Shown here: piece after piece, positions 1 through 11,176 of the stretch
Numbering within the stretch: the first letter of the stretch is position 1
Layout of the letters: each line of letters starts with the position of its first letter
Notes under the pieces: model-generated
Seen by the model: only the letters and a program-made list of their open reading frames with translations
Databases searched by the model: none
Told to the model about the DNA's origin: nothing
Translations under genes and position numbers: made by a program
Virus record (IMG/VR): IMGVR_UViG_3300032320_001881
Coordinates: 38,994 to 102,993 of that record
DNA length: 64,000 nucleotides
Origin: a virus
Taxonomy: Duplodnaviria > Caudoviricetes
Strand: one strand, 5' to 3'

Positions 1-3000
1 TTTGAGGAATCTTTGTGGAATTATGCCGCTGGAAATTTTGGATTTGATGCTCAAGTATTTGATTCTCAATATTTTGATGAGACTCCTCAAGTAGAAACCA
101 GATATATTCTACGGGCCTTAAACGAAGAAATTTATGTTGAAGATTTACAATACGAGCGTAACAGTAGTTTAATATTGATGTTTAACTATGTTTATAGTGA
201 ATTTATTGATCCGTCATGGTTAATTAAAACTAGTTATGTTGATGTTAATCACGAAATTCGTTCGTTATTACCATATCAATCATATTTTTCTGGAAATCAA
301 GATTTTGTTTTAGATTATTTCCAAGAAGTAAAACCTTATCATGTACAAGTTAGACAATTTAATTTAATTTATACGGGTAATGATGATTTCTTAGGTGATA
401 TTACCGACTATGATTTGCCGGCTTATTATAATCCAGCACTATCTGAACCACAATTTGTTAGTCCAATATTAACTCCATATACTGAAGCTATCACTACTAG
501 CCATTCTTCGGCTAGTAATACAGCGCCTAATGCTCAAATCTGGCAATATCCAAGTTTGTATAGCCAATGGTATGAAAATTATTTGTTAAGTATTGAAGCA
601 GTAATTATTCCTAATAGTGGAGCCGGCTATACTTCTGCTCCAGTGGTAACAGTTACAGGTACTTGTATAGAACAAGCATTAATGACAGCTATTATAAACA
701 CTTCAGGTCAAGTTATTGGAATTATTATTGATAATCCAGGTTCAGGATATACTACAGATGCTGTTATAACTATAAGTGGCGGTGGCTTACCGGGGGCACC
801 AACTCCTTGGTCAGCTGGGTTAACAGTTGTATCAAATGAATCTATTATAACTTCTGAAAATACTATCTATGAAGTTACTGATGCTGGTACATTAGGTAAT
901 GTAGAACCTATTACTAGAATTATTGAAGCAGGCAATTTTATAGTAGGCTCAACATATACAATTCAATTTGTAGGCACAACTAATTTTACAGCTATTGGTG
1001 CTACTAGCAACCAGTCTGGTATAGTGTTTGTGGCTACCGGTACTGGAAATGGTACTGGAACAGCTATTACTAATACAATTATAGTAACAAATGGAACGGC
1101 TATTTTACAATTTGTCGGCCAAACAGCTCGTGCTGTTTCAATTATGGGTAATAATTTGGTCCGTTCTTTTAACTTAGCTTTAAAATATGATCGTTACGAA
1201 TATCAATCGAATATAGTTAACTGGACTCCTACAGAATTAATCATCATATCCTTAACAAATGTATTAGCATCTAATGGCGTTGCTACAGCAACCTTCGAAT
1301 ATGAGGAAACTACAGTACCTTTCTTAACTGGCAACAGTATTTCTATAAACGGTGTATCTATATCAGCACTAAACGGAAATTATTCGGCATTGACTTGCTC
1401 AACAATTAATTTAACTTACGCTACTCAATATACAGGGATTGGATACAATGGACAATTAACCGGCACAGTTCTAGTCAAATATATTAATGGAACACAAGTT
1501 CGTTATAATAATATTGTATATGCAGCTAACGGAGCAGCTGGATATGTACAAAATTCTATTTTTGATCCTATAGAGTGGACAGAAGTTAATGCTAGCACAT
1601 TAAGTGGTATTAATCGTACACAAGGTTTTTATGTAGGAACGGTTAATAATCCGGGACTTAATCTGCCATTATTAATTGACGGGATAGATTATCCAGGAGT
1701 ACAAGTATCGGCAGTAACATTTGATCAGGATACAGGTTTTGATCGTGGTAATTTTGATATTAATGTATATGATAATATTTCTCTTGACGCCAACGGTCGA
1801 CCAACTTATGATTTAGGCATACTTAATACTATATTTGAAAGTTCTTATCTTGATCCATACTTGGGAATCCGCCCATCAGATATTAATATAAACGGCGGCA
1901 AATATATAGATGCTTTTGCGAGTCATGCTCCTGAAGAATTAGTACCTGGCATTGAATTTGACACACTAGATTTCCGTGTTTATACGACACCAGGAGCAGA
2001 TTGGCTAAGACGAGGGCACGGTTTTTCACAGGTTACAATACAAGCAATTTATAATATTAGCAGTCCAACTATAAGTTTTGCTGGATCGCAACAATATCCA
2101 TTTACTATAGAAATTGTAGATAGTACACAGGGATATAATTTATCTCAAGGGTTTGATTATACAATCGATTGGGTTAATCAAACAATTACTATTCTTAACT
2201 CGTCATTATTGGTCGCTAATGGCGACCAATTAGGAATATATGTTTATGAATTGGGCGGCGGAAATCAACTATATAGAAATGTTTATAACGGCGCCAATGT
2301 TGGCAATAGCCTAGTAATTCCTGTAGCATATGGTTTAATACAAGAAATTGTTATATTTGTAAATGGGGTTCAAACTTTAGCATTTACATTTGTTGATAAT
2401 AATAGTGTAACATTTGGTACAACATTAATTAACTTTACTAACACTTATGGTTCAACTGATTTTATTAGTTTAGTGGCTATAGGACTTACTACAATTGATA
2501 ACGTAACTACAAACTATAGTTGGAGTGTACCAACTACTCAGTATTTGACGGCTGTAACCGGTCAATTTGTATATGATTTAGATCCGACGATAAGTTTAGA
2601 GTATACTAATCCATCAGTAGCGTTGGTTACTATTGGCGGAGTAACAGCAATAGGGGAGGCTGGAGTTCCTTATGTTGGAAATGGTAATGTTGTCGGATAC
2701 ATATTACCAGAGCGCACAGGCATAGATTATACCACAATATCTGACTCTAATGTTAAAGTATATGTTGATGGAATATTACAAGTTAATCCAACAGATTATA
2801 CCTTACCAGCTTATACTGGATTTAGCGGAGATTATCCACAAGATAATTACGACATCGCTCCTTTCGATCTTGACATTAATACTAAATTTGTTCTATTTGG
2901 TACAGCACCAGCAGTTGGATCTGAGATTTATATTACTGTAGATAACTTAGCACAATATGTTATTGACCCAGTAGCACAAACATTAACATTTATTTCTGGC

Positions 3001-4140
3001 GCTGGAATAGTGCCGTCGGACGGTCAGATTATTTCTGTAATTACATTTAACGATACTAGAGAACAACGTTTGTCTACACAAATATTTGTTGGTCCTGTTA
3101 CACAAGGTATTACATTCTCTCAGGGATATGATATAACTTTATATTCTCCGCCAGTAGAAAATGACAGTCCAGGATCTTTTAGTTATGAAGAAGGTCAAGT
3201 AATTTCTGTAAATGATTTTGTGCTCTATCAATCATACACAGATGCATCCCGTGCTTGGGTAATTAAAAATGGCAGAATATTAACACCTTTCATAGAGTAT
3301 AGCATAGAGGGAAATGTATTAACATTAACAAATGGTGTAATTGGGCCAGCAGATGTTGTACAAGTAACTAATGTTACTAGTTCAATAGTACCAGAAGCTA
3401 TGGAATTTAGAATATTCCAAGATATGCGTGGTATACAAGCAACTTATCGTATGACACCTTCTACTACAACTACAGTTGCACAGGCAGCTACGGCCACAGC
3501 TGATATTATATATGTAGCTAATGCTAGCGCATTAAGTATTCCTGATTTTGCCGCTAATGTTTGGGGAGTCGTAACTATTGATGGCGAACGAATTATGTAT
3601 CGTAATATCGATTTGGCTGCTAACACTATCAGCAGTTTACTTCGTGGCACAGCTGGCACTGCAGCAGATTCACACGATGTTGGAGCCTATGTTTATGATA
3701 TGGGCCGTGGCAATTTATTACCAGAACAATATCAAGATTACATTGAAAGCGAGTCTTTCTTGGGCGACGGATCGAGGAAAGTATTCACTTCAACTCTTGT
3801 AGTTAATAATGCCAACGAATGGGTGGGATCTATACCATACGATAGTACTTTATACTCCACCGACGGTCCTACCGGCAACTATGATCCTGGGTTACCAAGT
3901 AATAGTAGAGCTGTAGAAGTCTATTTAGGGGGAGCATTACAAACTAGTGGATATACTTTATCTAATTTAGATCCTGTTGTAGTTATTTTTGCTATTGCCC
4001 CAGACGCAGGAACAGAAATTAGCATAGTTGTCCGCAAAGGTACAAGCTGGTATAATCCAGGAGTTGATACAGCTTCAGACGGAGTCCCCTTACAAATAAC
4101 AGACAATCCAATGGCTCTATTTTTAAGGGGTGGAAATTAA
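1..4140 (+). CDS. Large virion structural protein (baseplate/tail-associated), 5'-truncated by window
   Basis: Frame is open from position 1; >1375 aa Thr/Gly/Asn/Val-rich beta-type protein with GxGYTxAP repeats; followed by tail-fibre genes. Confidence 0.7.
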   Translation, partial: FEESLWNYAAGNFGFDAQVFDSQYFDETPQVETRYILRALNEEIYVEDLQYERNSSLILMFNYVYSEFIDPSWLIKTSYVDVNHEIRSLLPYQSYFSGNQDFVLDYFQEVKPYHVQVRQFNLIYTGNDDFLGDITDYDLPAYYNPALSEPQFVSPILTPYTEAITTSHSSASNTAPNAQIWQYPSLYSQWYENYLLSIEAVIIPNSGAGYTSAPVVTVTGTCIEQALMTAIINTSGQVIGIIIDNPGSGYTTDAVITISGGGLPGAPTPWSAGLTVVSNESIITSENTIYEVTDAGTLGNVEPITRIIEAGNFIVGSTYTIQFVGTTNFTAIGATSNQSGIVFVATGTGNGTGTAITNTIIVTNGTAILQFVGQTARAVSIMGNNLVRSFNLALKYDRYEYQSNIVNWTPTELIIISLTNVLASNGVATATFEYEETTVPFLTGNSISINGVSISALNGNYSALTCSTINLTYATQYTGIGYNGQLTGTVLVKYINGTQVRYNNIVYAANGAAGYVQNSIFDPIEWTEVNASTLSGINRTQGFYVGTVNNPGLNLPLLIDGIDYPGVQVSAVTFDQDTGFDRGNFDINVYDNISLDANGRPTYDLGILNTIFESSYLDPYLGIRPSDININGGKYIDAFASHAPEELVPGIEFDTLDFRVYTTPGADWLRRGHGFSQVTIQAIYNISSPTISFAGSQQYPFTIEIVDSTQGYNLSQGFDYTIDWVNQTITILNSSLLVANGDQLGIYVYELGGGNQLYRNVYNGANVGNSLVIPVAYGLIQEIVIFVNGVQTLAFTFVDNNSVTFGTTLINFTNTYGSTDFISLVAIGLTTIDNVTTNYSWSVPTTQYLTAVTGQFVYDLDPTISLEYTNPSVALVTIGGVTAIGEAGVPYVGNGNVVGYILPERTGIDYTTISDSNVKVYVDGILQVNPTDYTLPAYTGFSGDYPQDNYDIAPFDLDINTKFVLFGTAPAVGSEIYITVDNLAQYVIDPVAQTLTFISGAGIVPSDGQIISVITFNDTREQRLSTQIFVGPVTQGITFSQGYDITLYSPPVENDSPGSFSYEEGQVISVNDFVLYQSYTDASRAWVIKNGRILTPFIEYSIEGNVLTLTNGVIGPADVVQVTNVTSSIVPEAMEFRIFQDMRGIQATYRMTPSTTTTVAQAATATADIIYVANASALSIPDFAANVWGVVTIDGERIMYRNIDLAANTISSLLRGTAGTAADSHDVGAYVYDMGRGNLLPEQYQDYIESESFLGDGSRKVFTSTLVVNNANEWVGSIPYDSTLYSTDGPTGNYDPGLPSNSRAVEVYLGGALQTSGYTLSNLDPVVVIFAIAPDAGTEISIVVRKGTSWYNPGVDTASDGVPLQITDNPMALFLRGGN

Positions 4141-4182
4141 GGTAAATACAAAGCAGATATTAATCATAATAAATATAGTACA

Positions 4183-4320
4183 ATGGAAAATAAAACACCT
4201 AATCAACCACAACCTCAGCCTCAAAAAAGACCCAATGATACAGGGTCAGTTATAGTTGACGGATTTATAAAAATCTACGATCCAAAAACACGCAAAGTAT
4301 TTGTGGAGCAAAAAGCATGA
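4183..4320 (+). CDS. 45-aa protein resembling the N-terminus of the next gene
   Basis: MENKTPNQPQPQPQKRPNDTGSVIVDGFIKIYDPKTRKVFVEQKA; TAAATA at 4170-4175; ATGA overlap with 4317. Confidence 0.7.
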   Translation: MENKTPNQPQPQPQKRPNDTGSVIVDGFIKIYDPKTRKVFVEQKA

Positions 4321-4925
4321 TTGTTCAGCCTGGCCTAGCTAAAATCGAAGGATTCATTAAAATCACCGATCCAGTTACTGGTGAAGTTTTAATTGATAAA
4401 AAAAATGCTATCAATTATGAAAACATTTCAATTGCTATGGCTAATACCCTTAGTGATCAAGGTAAGGGGTGGATTTATACTATGGCGTTTGGCAATGGCG
4501 GATCAGCCGTAGATCCAGCTGGAATTATTACATATTTGCCACCCAATATAACAGGGCAAAATGCTAGTTTATATAACGAAACTTATGCTCAAATAGTAGA
4601 TCAGAATTCTGCTACTAATTTAGACCCAGCAAATAACAAAATGACTGTGCTACATACCTCGGGAAATCCTTATACAGATATATTGGTTTCTTGTTTATTG
4701 GACTACGGGCAACCTGCTGGACAACAAGCATTTGATAATAGTACCAATTTTAATGGAGAATATGTGTTTGATGAGCTAGGATTACAATGTTGGAATGGTT
4801 CTGCCACCAATTTGTTCCTAATTACACATGTTATTTTCCATCCTGTACAAAAGAGTTTAAATCGTCAAATACAGATAGATTATACCCTTAGAATACAGAC
4901 ATTGACAAATTTAAGTGCCGCATAA
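4317..4925 (+). CDS. Putative virion structural protein
   Basis: 202 aa; lies between structural genes; FDELGL..LITHVIFHPVQKS motif like tail/baseplate proteins. Confidence 0.55.
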   Translation: MIVQPGLAKIEGFIKITDPVTGEVLIDKKNAINYENISIAMANTLSDQGKGWIYTMAFGNGGSAVDPAGIITYLPPNITGQNASLYNETYAQIVDQNSATNLDPANNKMTVLHTSGNPYTDILVSCLLDYGQPAGQQAFDNSTNFNGEYVFDELGLQCWNGSATNLFLITHVIFHPVQKSLNRQIQIDYTLRIQTLTNLSAA

Positions 4926-4974
4926 ATATACATATTAAATGGCCATAAATAATACAAAGGACGGAGTAAAATAA

Positions 4975-6264
4975 ATGTCATATACAATTACACTAACAAA
5001 TGGTAACATATTAGCTACCATACCAAATGGAACAATCAATACAACTGCTTGTTCGCAAACTTTGGTGGGGAAAAATTATGCTGGATACGGCCAGTTTTTA
5101 GATGATAATTTTGTACATTTATTAGAAAACGCTGCTAATAGTACAGCTCCTACTAATCCTTTAGTAGGTCAATTATGGTTTAATACAACTACAAGTGTTT
5201 TACAAGTTCGAAATAGCGTAGGTTGGAAATCATTAGGCGGGTCACAAGCAACAGGTGTAGCCCCTACAAATAATAGCCAAGGCGATTTATGGTATAATAC
5301 TACTGCTCAACAACTTTATGTTTGGACCGGCGCAACATGGTTATTAGTTGGACCAATATATAACCAACAAACAGGTATAACTGGCGCTATTGCCAATACT
5401 ATTATAGATACTACAGCCACTTCACATACTGTAATTGAATTGTATACAGGCAATACCATTGTTGGAATAGTTTCACAAGACGCAACATTTACACCACAAA
5501 CAGCAATAGCAGGATTTCCTACTGTAAAACCTGGCATCACGTTAGCAACGATTCTTACAACAGGGCAAGTACCATTATACAATGGCACAGCAACTAACGC
5601 ACAAGCATTAAGCGGGTTATTTGCTAATTCATTTATGCGTACTGATGCTAATACATCAACTACTGGTACAATTAACATACTTAATAACAACGGTTTAAGA
5701 ATTGGAGCAAATAGTACATTTATATTATCTACTAATGGCTCGCAAACTACATATACTAACGATGCGTTAAATGGAAATGTTTCATTTAATATCAACAAAG
5801 CTGGCGTTGTTAATTCAGCATTGTTTATTGATGGATCTACAGGCATTGTTAGCAGTCAATTTGGGATCCATGCTAATTATGCTGACGTAGCTGAAAGATT
5901 TGAAGCCGACACAGAATATGCTCCTGGAACAGTAGTTGAGTTAGGCGGCACAGCAGAAATTACAAAATCTAATACAGAGTTAAGCGAATCAGTGTTTGGA
6001 GTTATCAGCACAAACGCTGCTTATTTGATGAATAATGGCGCAGGTAACGACACAACTCATCCGCCAGTAGCTATGACAGGTCGTGTGCCCGTTAAAGTTA
6101 CCGGTGTTGTTAACAAAGGTGATCGGTTAGTTTCTGCTGGTAATGGTATGGCAAGAGCTGCTAAAGCAGGCGAAGCAACAGCATTCAATGTTATTGGTCG
6201 TTCTTTAGTAGATAAGCTAGATTCTGGCTTGGGTACTGTTGAAGCCATTGTCACTATCAAATAA
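4975..6264 (+). CDS. Tail fibre protein with C-terminal chaperone-like domain
   Basis: N-terminal LVGKNYAGYG..NF..LLEN.A, repeated GQLW/GDLW motifs, C-terminal YADVAERFEAD..Y.PGTVV..GRVPVKV. Confidence 0.7.
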   Translation: MSYTITLTNGNILATIPNGTINTTACSQTLVGKNYAGYGQFLDDNFVHLLENAANSTAPTNPLVGQLWFNTTTSVLQVRNSVGWKSLGGSQATGVAPTNNSQGDLWYNTTAQQLYVWTGATWLLVGPIYNQQTGITGAIANTIIDTTATSHTVIELYTGNTIVGIVSQDATFTPQTAIAGFPTVKPGITLATILTTGQVPLYNGTATNAQALSGLFANSFMRTDANTSTTGTINILNNNGLRIGANSTFILSTNGSQTTYTNDALNGNVSFNINKAGVVNSALFIDGSTGIVSSQFGIHANYADVAERFEADTEYAPGTVVELGGTAEITKSNTELSESVFGVISTNAAYLMNNGAGNDTTHPPVAMTGRVPVKVTGVVNKGDRLVSAGNGMARAAKAGEATAFNVIGRSLVDKLDSGLGTVEAIVTIK

Positions 6265-6278
6265 AATAGGAAATACTG

Positions 6279-7226
6279 ATGACGTATGTTACTGGCGGCT
6301 TAATACAAGCGGCAGATTATAATGGCTTTAATAGCAATGTAAATGCTGTATGGAATACAAGCTACGGTCAGACACCCACATCTAATGTAGTACTCGGAAC
6401 AGTTGCCAATGCTAATTCTTGGGCAAATCTAAATACTAGAGTTAGTAATAGTGCGAGTCATCAAGGCACAGTTATCACAACAAGAGCTAATCCTCAAATA
6501 GGTAACACAATTACAGTTTTAAATAATTTTGGCAACGATATTGCTAATATTAATACTAACAAATTTAATGCTTCAACTCAAGGTACGCAATTTACTGGCT
6601 GGACTGGTACTTCCAGCAAGACCACACCCACTGGATCTGGAAATTCGGCGTGGGCACTGACATTTACTAGTACTGTTACTTTTGCTAATGCCAATGCGGC
6701 AAATTATTTCTTTAACGCAGGAGCAACTATTAAAATCCAGTTTAGTAAAACTTCAACAGGAAATGCGGCCGACTCAGTCTGGAACACACTAGTAAATTCA
6801 ACAGCCGGCACAATTTATTTGTCAAGCAGCGGAGCAAGTAAATCAATTAATGGGGTGACTTATACAGGCACAACTAAAATTGGTGGAAACGGCACTCCAA
6901 CTATTTTGGCAACCAGTACAGGATTTGCTCAATTAACACCTACACCTGCTATAATTTACAAACAATTTCCTTCGAGTTATACTTATTCTGGTAATTATGT
7001 ACAAATTACCGCGGCTTATACGGCCCCTGTTCTTACGCTTGTCACAACGTGGAGTAGCCCCTCCGGCAATACGGCTGTAAATATCTCCGGCGGCACAGCA
7101 ACTACTGGTATTGCTTTTGGAACCGCTCCAGCTACAGTAGTAACATATTTCCCGCCTGCGACTACATATTTGACAAACACCTGGGGCACTCCAACGGTAG
7201 CTACTACCGTTTCTGGCGGTTATTAA
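6279..7226 (+). CDS. Putative virion/tail fibre-associated protein
   Basis: 315 aa Thr/Ser/Gly/Asn-rich; structural context. Confidence 0.55.
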   Translation: MTYVTGGLIQAADYNGFNSNVNAVWNTSYGQTPTSNVVLGTVANANSWANLNTRVSNSASHQGTVITTRANPQIGNTITVLNNFGNDIANINTNKFNASTQGTQFTGWTGTSSKTTPTGSGNSAWALTFTSTVTFANANAANYFFNAGATIKIQFSKTSTGNAADSVWNTLVNSTAGTIYLSSSGASKSINGVTYTGTTKIGGNGTPTILATSTGFAQLTPTPAIIYKQFPSSYTYSGNYVQITAAYTAPVLTLVTTWSSPSGNTAVNISGGTATTGIAFGTAPATVVTYFPPATTYLTNTWGTPTVATTVSGGY

Positions 7227-7314
7227 CTGTATTAACATTTTTATTGTAAAATCAGTATTGCCAAACAGGTATAACCCACTTTACTTTTTTACTTTTTTCT
7301 AGTACAATAACAAG

Positions 7315-7620
7315 ATGGATACTAATAATTTAATCGCGCACAGCCGCGCTCGGTTTGACCATGCGGCAGCCAAACGAACTCTTAAGGAAAAATATCAAGG
7401 AAAACTAGTCTTTGGTTGGAACGGCGGTATGTTCAAAGCTACTCCCGAAATGATAACATTTCTTAGTTTATATAATGATGTAAGAATTGTAGTTTTAGAC
7501 TTATATGAGACACCAATCGAAGTAAATGCTAAAGAATTGTGTAATATTATGCAGGCAAAATTACACAAGCAAATGAATGCTTGGTTAGTAGAATATCAAG
7601 AACTTAATAAAAATAGATGA
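7315..7620 (+). CDS. Hypothetical protein
   Basis: 101 aa ORF coupled to 7617. Confidence 0.6.
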   Translation: MDTNNLIAHSRARFDHAAAKRTLKEKYQGKLVFGWNGGMFKATPEMITFLSLYNDVRIVVLDLYETPIEVNAKELCNIMQAKLHKQMNAWLVEYQELNKNR

Positions 7621-8411
7621 CTACTGGCGTATTAATTTTTGCTTTTAATAATGAACATATAGATTATCTGGCCATGGCCAACTGGTCAGCTAAAAATATT
7701 CGTAGACATTTACAATTACCCGTGGCAGTGGTAACTGATCAGAAAGTTCCTAATAATTATTTTTTTGAACAAACTATTCCAGCTAAACCTTATAGCGGAG
7801 ATATTAGGAAATTTGCCGACCAAGAAAATAATGTAACATGGTATAACGGTAATCGAGTAGATGCATATCAATTAACTCCATGGTCGCAAACTCTAGTATT
7901 GGATGCAGACTATGTGGTAGCCAGTGATCAACTTAAAAAATTAATTGATATGGAGGAAAATTTTCTAGCACACAAGACAGCATATGATGTAACAAATTTA
8001 GATAATTTTGTTGAACTTAATAGTTTTGGGCATTATAATATGCCAATGTGGTGGGCTACTGTCATGATGTTCAAAAGATCGCAAGAAGCTGAATTAATTT
8101 TTGCTTCAATGTCTATGATAAAAAATAATTGGCAACATTATAAAGATTTATATAATACTGTACACCCAACATACAGAAATGATTTTGCTTTAAGCATAGC
8201 TCTAAATATGGTTAATGGGCACACAATAGACCATAAAGGTATTCCCTGGGAGTTAGCATCGTTAACACCGGTACACAAATTATCTCAAATAAGTCAAGAT
8301 AACTATCGTGTAGATTTTTTAACACCCGATAGTAAACCTAGATATATTACCTTAGCTCAAGATTTTCATGCTATGGGTAAAAAACATTTAGGAGATATAA
8401 TTGCTAATTAA
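7617..8411 (+). CDS. Glycosyltransferase-like protein (GT-A fold)
   Basis: AYQLTPWSQTLVLDADY (DxD) motif. Confidence 0.55.
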   Translation: MTTGVLIFAFNNEHIDYLAMANWSAKNIRRHLQLPVAVVTDQKVPNNYFFEQTIPAKPYSGDIRKFADQENNVTWYNGNRVDAYQLTPWSQTLVLDADYVVASDQLKKLIDMEENFLAHKTAYDVTNLDNFVELNSFGHYNMPMWWATVMMFKRSQEAELIFASMSMIKNNWQHYKDLYNTVHPTYRNDFALSIALNMVNGHTIDHKGIPWELASLTPVHKLSQISQDNYRVDFLTPDSKPRYITLAQDFHAMGKKHLGDIIAN

Positions 8412-9126
8412 ACAAGGTTATCTTATTCCAGCTATAGGTGACATTTATATAAAATGTGCTAACAAGTTGGCTGACAGTATAAAACAGTGGCATCCTGATG
8501 CTAATATAACTATACTAACAGAGGATATGTTGCCGTATGGAAAATTTCCAGGATTTGCCAACGATTGGCAATGTTATGATGCTAGCCCATACGAACTAAC
8601 CATTAAATTAGAAGCCGACATGCTGTGTGCTGGCCCAATTGACCATTGGTGGGATTTATTTTCTAATCGTGATGTAGTTATTAGTCAAGGTTGTAGAAAT
8701 TTTTATGATCAACCTGGTAAATCAAGATACTATCGTAAAATATTTGATAATAATAATCTTCCAGATGTATATAATGCTATTACATATTGGCAAAAGGGAG
8801 ATACTGCTAAACTATTCTTTGAATTAGTAAAAGATATATTTGAGAAGTGGGAGGATTATAAATCCATATTAAAATTTCCCGACTTTGAGCCAACCACAGA
8901 TGTAGTTTATGGTGTTGCTGCTGTGATATTAGGAGAAGAGAATGTAACGTTACCAGCCAATCTAGGTCCTACTATAGTACATATGAAAAAATATATCTTA
9001 GGTACTATAGATGAAGATTGGACTACAGAATTAATATTGGAATATAGTAATCCAGGTGTTAGAATCAATACAGTAGCACAGTGGGGTTTATTACATTATC
9101 ACATAAAGGAACTAGCAAATGAGTAA
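8401..9126 (+). CDS. Glycosyltransferase-like protein, paralog of 7617-8411
   Basis: YDASPYELTIKLEADM aligns with the previous gene's DxD region. Confidence 0.5.
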   Translation: MLIKQGYLIPAIGDIYIKCANKLADSIKQWHPDANITILTEDMLPYGKFPGFANDWQCYDASPYELTIKLEADMLCAGPIDHWWDLFSNRDVVISQGCRNFYDQPGKSRYYRKIFDNNNLPDVYNAITYWQKGDTAKLFFELVKDIFEKWEDYKSILKFPDFEPTTDVVYGVAAVILGEENVTLPANLGPTIVHMKKYILGTIDEDWTTELILEYSNPGVRINTVAQWGLLHYHIKELANE

Positions 9127-9403
9127 GGAAGAAGATAAAATTAAACATAGTACGCGATTGCACAAAGCATGGTCAGTTATTAAACGACAACTTAAAATTG
9201 CTAAATCGTCGGGAATTAACGAAAAATATATTAATCAACCGCATCGATTGGCTAAACATCACGCAATGGATTGTGGTGTATCTAACTGTCCTATGTGTGC
9301 TAGTCCTAGACATAATAAAACAACCAAAGATAAGTTAACAACACAAGAAAAACGACTATTTCAAGATATTGACAAACCGCATCACGGATTAAAAGATGAA
9401 TGA
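9119..9403 (+). CDS. Small basic protein with CxxxxCxxC motif
   Basis: HHAMDCGVSNCPMC. Confidence 0.55.
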   Translation: MSKEEDKIKHSTRLHKAWSVIKRQLKIAKSSGINEKYINQPHRLAKHHAMDCGVSNCPMCASPRHNKTTKDKLTTQEKRLFQDIDKPHHGLKDE

Positions 9404-9713
9404 AGAAGAATTTTGGGAAGCCCTCCACCCCACAAAACCAACAGCTATATTATATAGATTGTATTATAGCAATCGTGGTACGCCATTATTTTTCAGCCAG
9501 GAAGATTTACCAGGTAATTATATAGATATCACAAGAGAAGAGTATGTCAATCCTCCTACACATTTTAGAGTGATTGATGGTAAAATAGAATTAATAGAAA
9601 CATCGATAGTTAGAAGACTGTATCCTGGCGAAAATGGGACACCGTGTCACCCAAACGATATTTCTGTAGTAGTCAAAGATAGTGAACCTAATATTAAGTG
9701 GAGTATGGAGTGA
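9396..9713 (+). CDS. Hypothetical protein
   Basis: 105 aa ORF overlapping its neighbours. Confidence 0.6.
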   Translation: MNEEEFWEALHPTKPTAILYRLYYSNRGTPLFFSQEDLPGNYIDITREEYVNPPTHFRVIDGKIELIETSIVRRLYPGENGTPCHPNDISVVVKDSEPNIKWSME

Positions 9714-10630
9714 AAAATATTGATGTCGCGGAATTAGATTGTGTTTATTTGTCATATGATGAACCTAATAAAGAAGAAAATTGGGCTCAGATTAAGAATA
9801 TGGTTCCATGGGCTAATCGTGTGGATGGGGTAAAAGGGTCAGATGCTGCACATAAAGCAGCGGCCGATGCTGCTATTACGGAAAGATTCGTATTGATAGA
9901 TGGCGATAATATTCCGCATGATAATTTTTTTGATCTTACTTTAAGTATCGATGATGCTAGTGAAGATTGTGTCTTTCGATGGAAAGCTCGCAATACTATC
10001 AACGGATTGATGTATGGTAACGGTGGCATTAGTTGTTGGACTAAAGATTTTATCTTTAATATGAAAACCCACGAGAATACTGATGGCAGTCCTGAGAATG
10101 ATGTGGAGTTTTGTTTTTATCCCAATTATATTGCTATGTGGGATTGTTATTCGACAACATATCCCAACGCTAGTCCTTACCAAGCATGGCGAGCTGGCTT
10201 CCGCGAAGGTGTTAAAATGTGCCTGGATCGCGGCCGTAAACCTACATTAGAAGATTTTAAAATTAACAATCGCAATTTAAATAATTTGACAATATGGCAT
10301 AATGTTGGCCGCGATGTTGAAAATGGAATATATGCTATACTAGGTGCTAGAATGGGTACATATATGTTAATGTTAAACCCTAATTGGGACTACAAAGAAG
10401 TACAGAATTTCGACGCACTTAAATTAATATATGATACGATAGATGGTCATAATCCTGAACAGGTAGCGGCTAGAATTGCGCCAGAGTTAGCTAGCCAATT
10501 AGATTTACCTATAGTCATGTTAGATGAAAATGCTAGCAAATTTTTTAAACGACATTATCAAATTGACCGACGCAATAAAGGTATAATGATTCGAGAGATG
10601 GATGTTATTAGACAACAGGAAGGCTGGTAA
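9698..10630 (+). CDS. Glycosyltransferase-like protein (GT-A)
   Basis: YLSYDEPN..RVDGVKG..AH..IDGDN..YGNGG; paralog of 16443-17627. Confidence 0.55.
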   Translation: MEYGVKNIDVAELDCVYLSYDEPNKEENWAQIKNMVPWANRVDGVKGSDAAHKAAADAAITERFVLIDGDNIPHDNFFDLTLSIDDASEDCVFRWKARNTINGLMYGNGGISCWTKDFIFNMKTHENTDGSPENDVEFCFYPNYIAMWDCYSTTYPNASPYQAWRAGFREGVKMCLDRGRKPTLEDFKINNRNLNNLTIWHNVGRDVENGIYAILGARMGTYMLMLNPNWDYKEVQNFDALKLIYDTIDGHNPEQVAARIAPELASQLDLPIVMLDENASKFFKRHYQIDRRNKGIMIREMDVIRQQEGW

Positions 10631-11173
10631 ATGATAAACAAAGACGCCTTTTCAAACGGCCAAATAGACAGTAAGTTATGGCTATGTCGCGAACTAGAAA
10701 AATTAGAATGGACTAGCGAATTAACACACATTTATGGCGGTTGGTATGGAGTGTTGGCATTCTTAATATTAAGTAGAGAAAAATTTTGTGTTGATCGCAT
10801 AGAAAGTTTTGACATTGACCCATTGTGTGAACCTATAGCTGATATGATTAATGAAAATTGGGTTTTTAAGGAATGGAAATTTAAAGCATTTACTTTAGAC
10901 TGCGGTCAAGGCGTAAGAGGAGCTCCTGATTTAATTATAAACACAAGTACTGAGCATTTTAAAAATATGGATTGGTTTGATCGTGTTTCAAAAGGTACAA
11001 GAGTTGTATTACAAGGTAACAATATGCCACATGATGATCATGTTGTATATTCTGCTACATTAAATGAGTTCATAACTCAGTATCCGCTTTCTAAAGTAAT
11101 GTATCAAGGCGAAAAATTGTTTACTTATCCCAAATGGCAATTTACTAGATATATGTTAATTGGAATTAAATAA
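10631..11173 (+). CDS. Class I SAM-dependent methyltransferase-like protein
   Basis: IYGGWYG glycine loop, SFDID, IINTSTEH. Confidence 0.5.
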   Translation: MINKDAFSNGQIDSKLWLCRELEKLEWTSELTHIYGGWYGVLAFLILSREKFCVDRIESFDIDPLCEPIADMINENWVFKEWKFKAFTLDCGQGVRGAPDLIINTSTEHFKNMDWFDRVSKGTRVVLQGNNMPHDDHVVYSATLNEFITQYPLSKVMYQGEKLFTYPKWQFTRYMLIGIK

Positions 11174-11176
11174 AGA

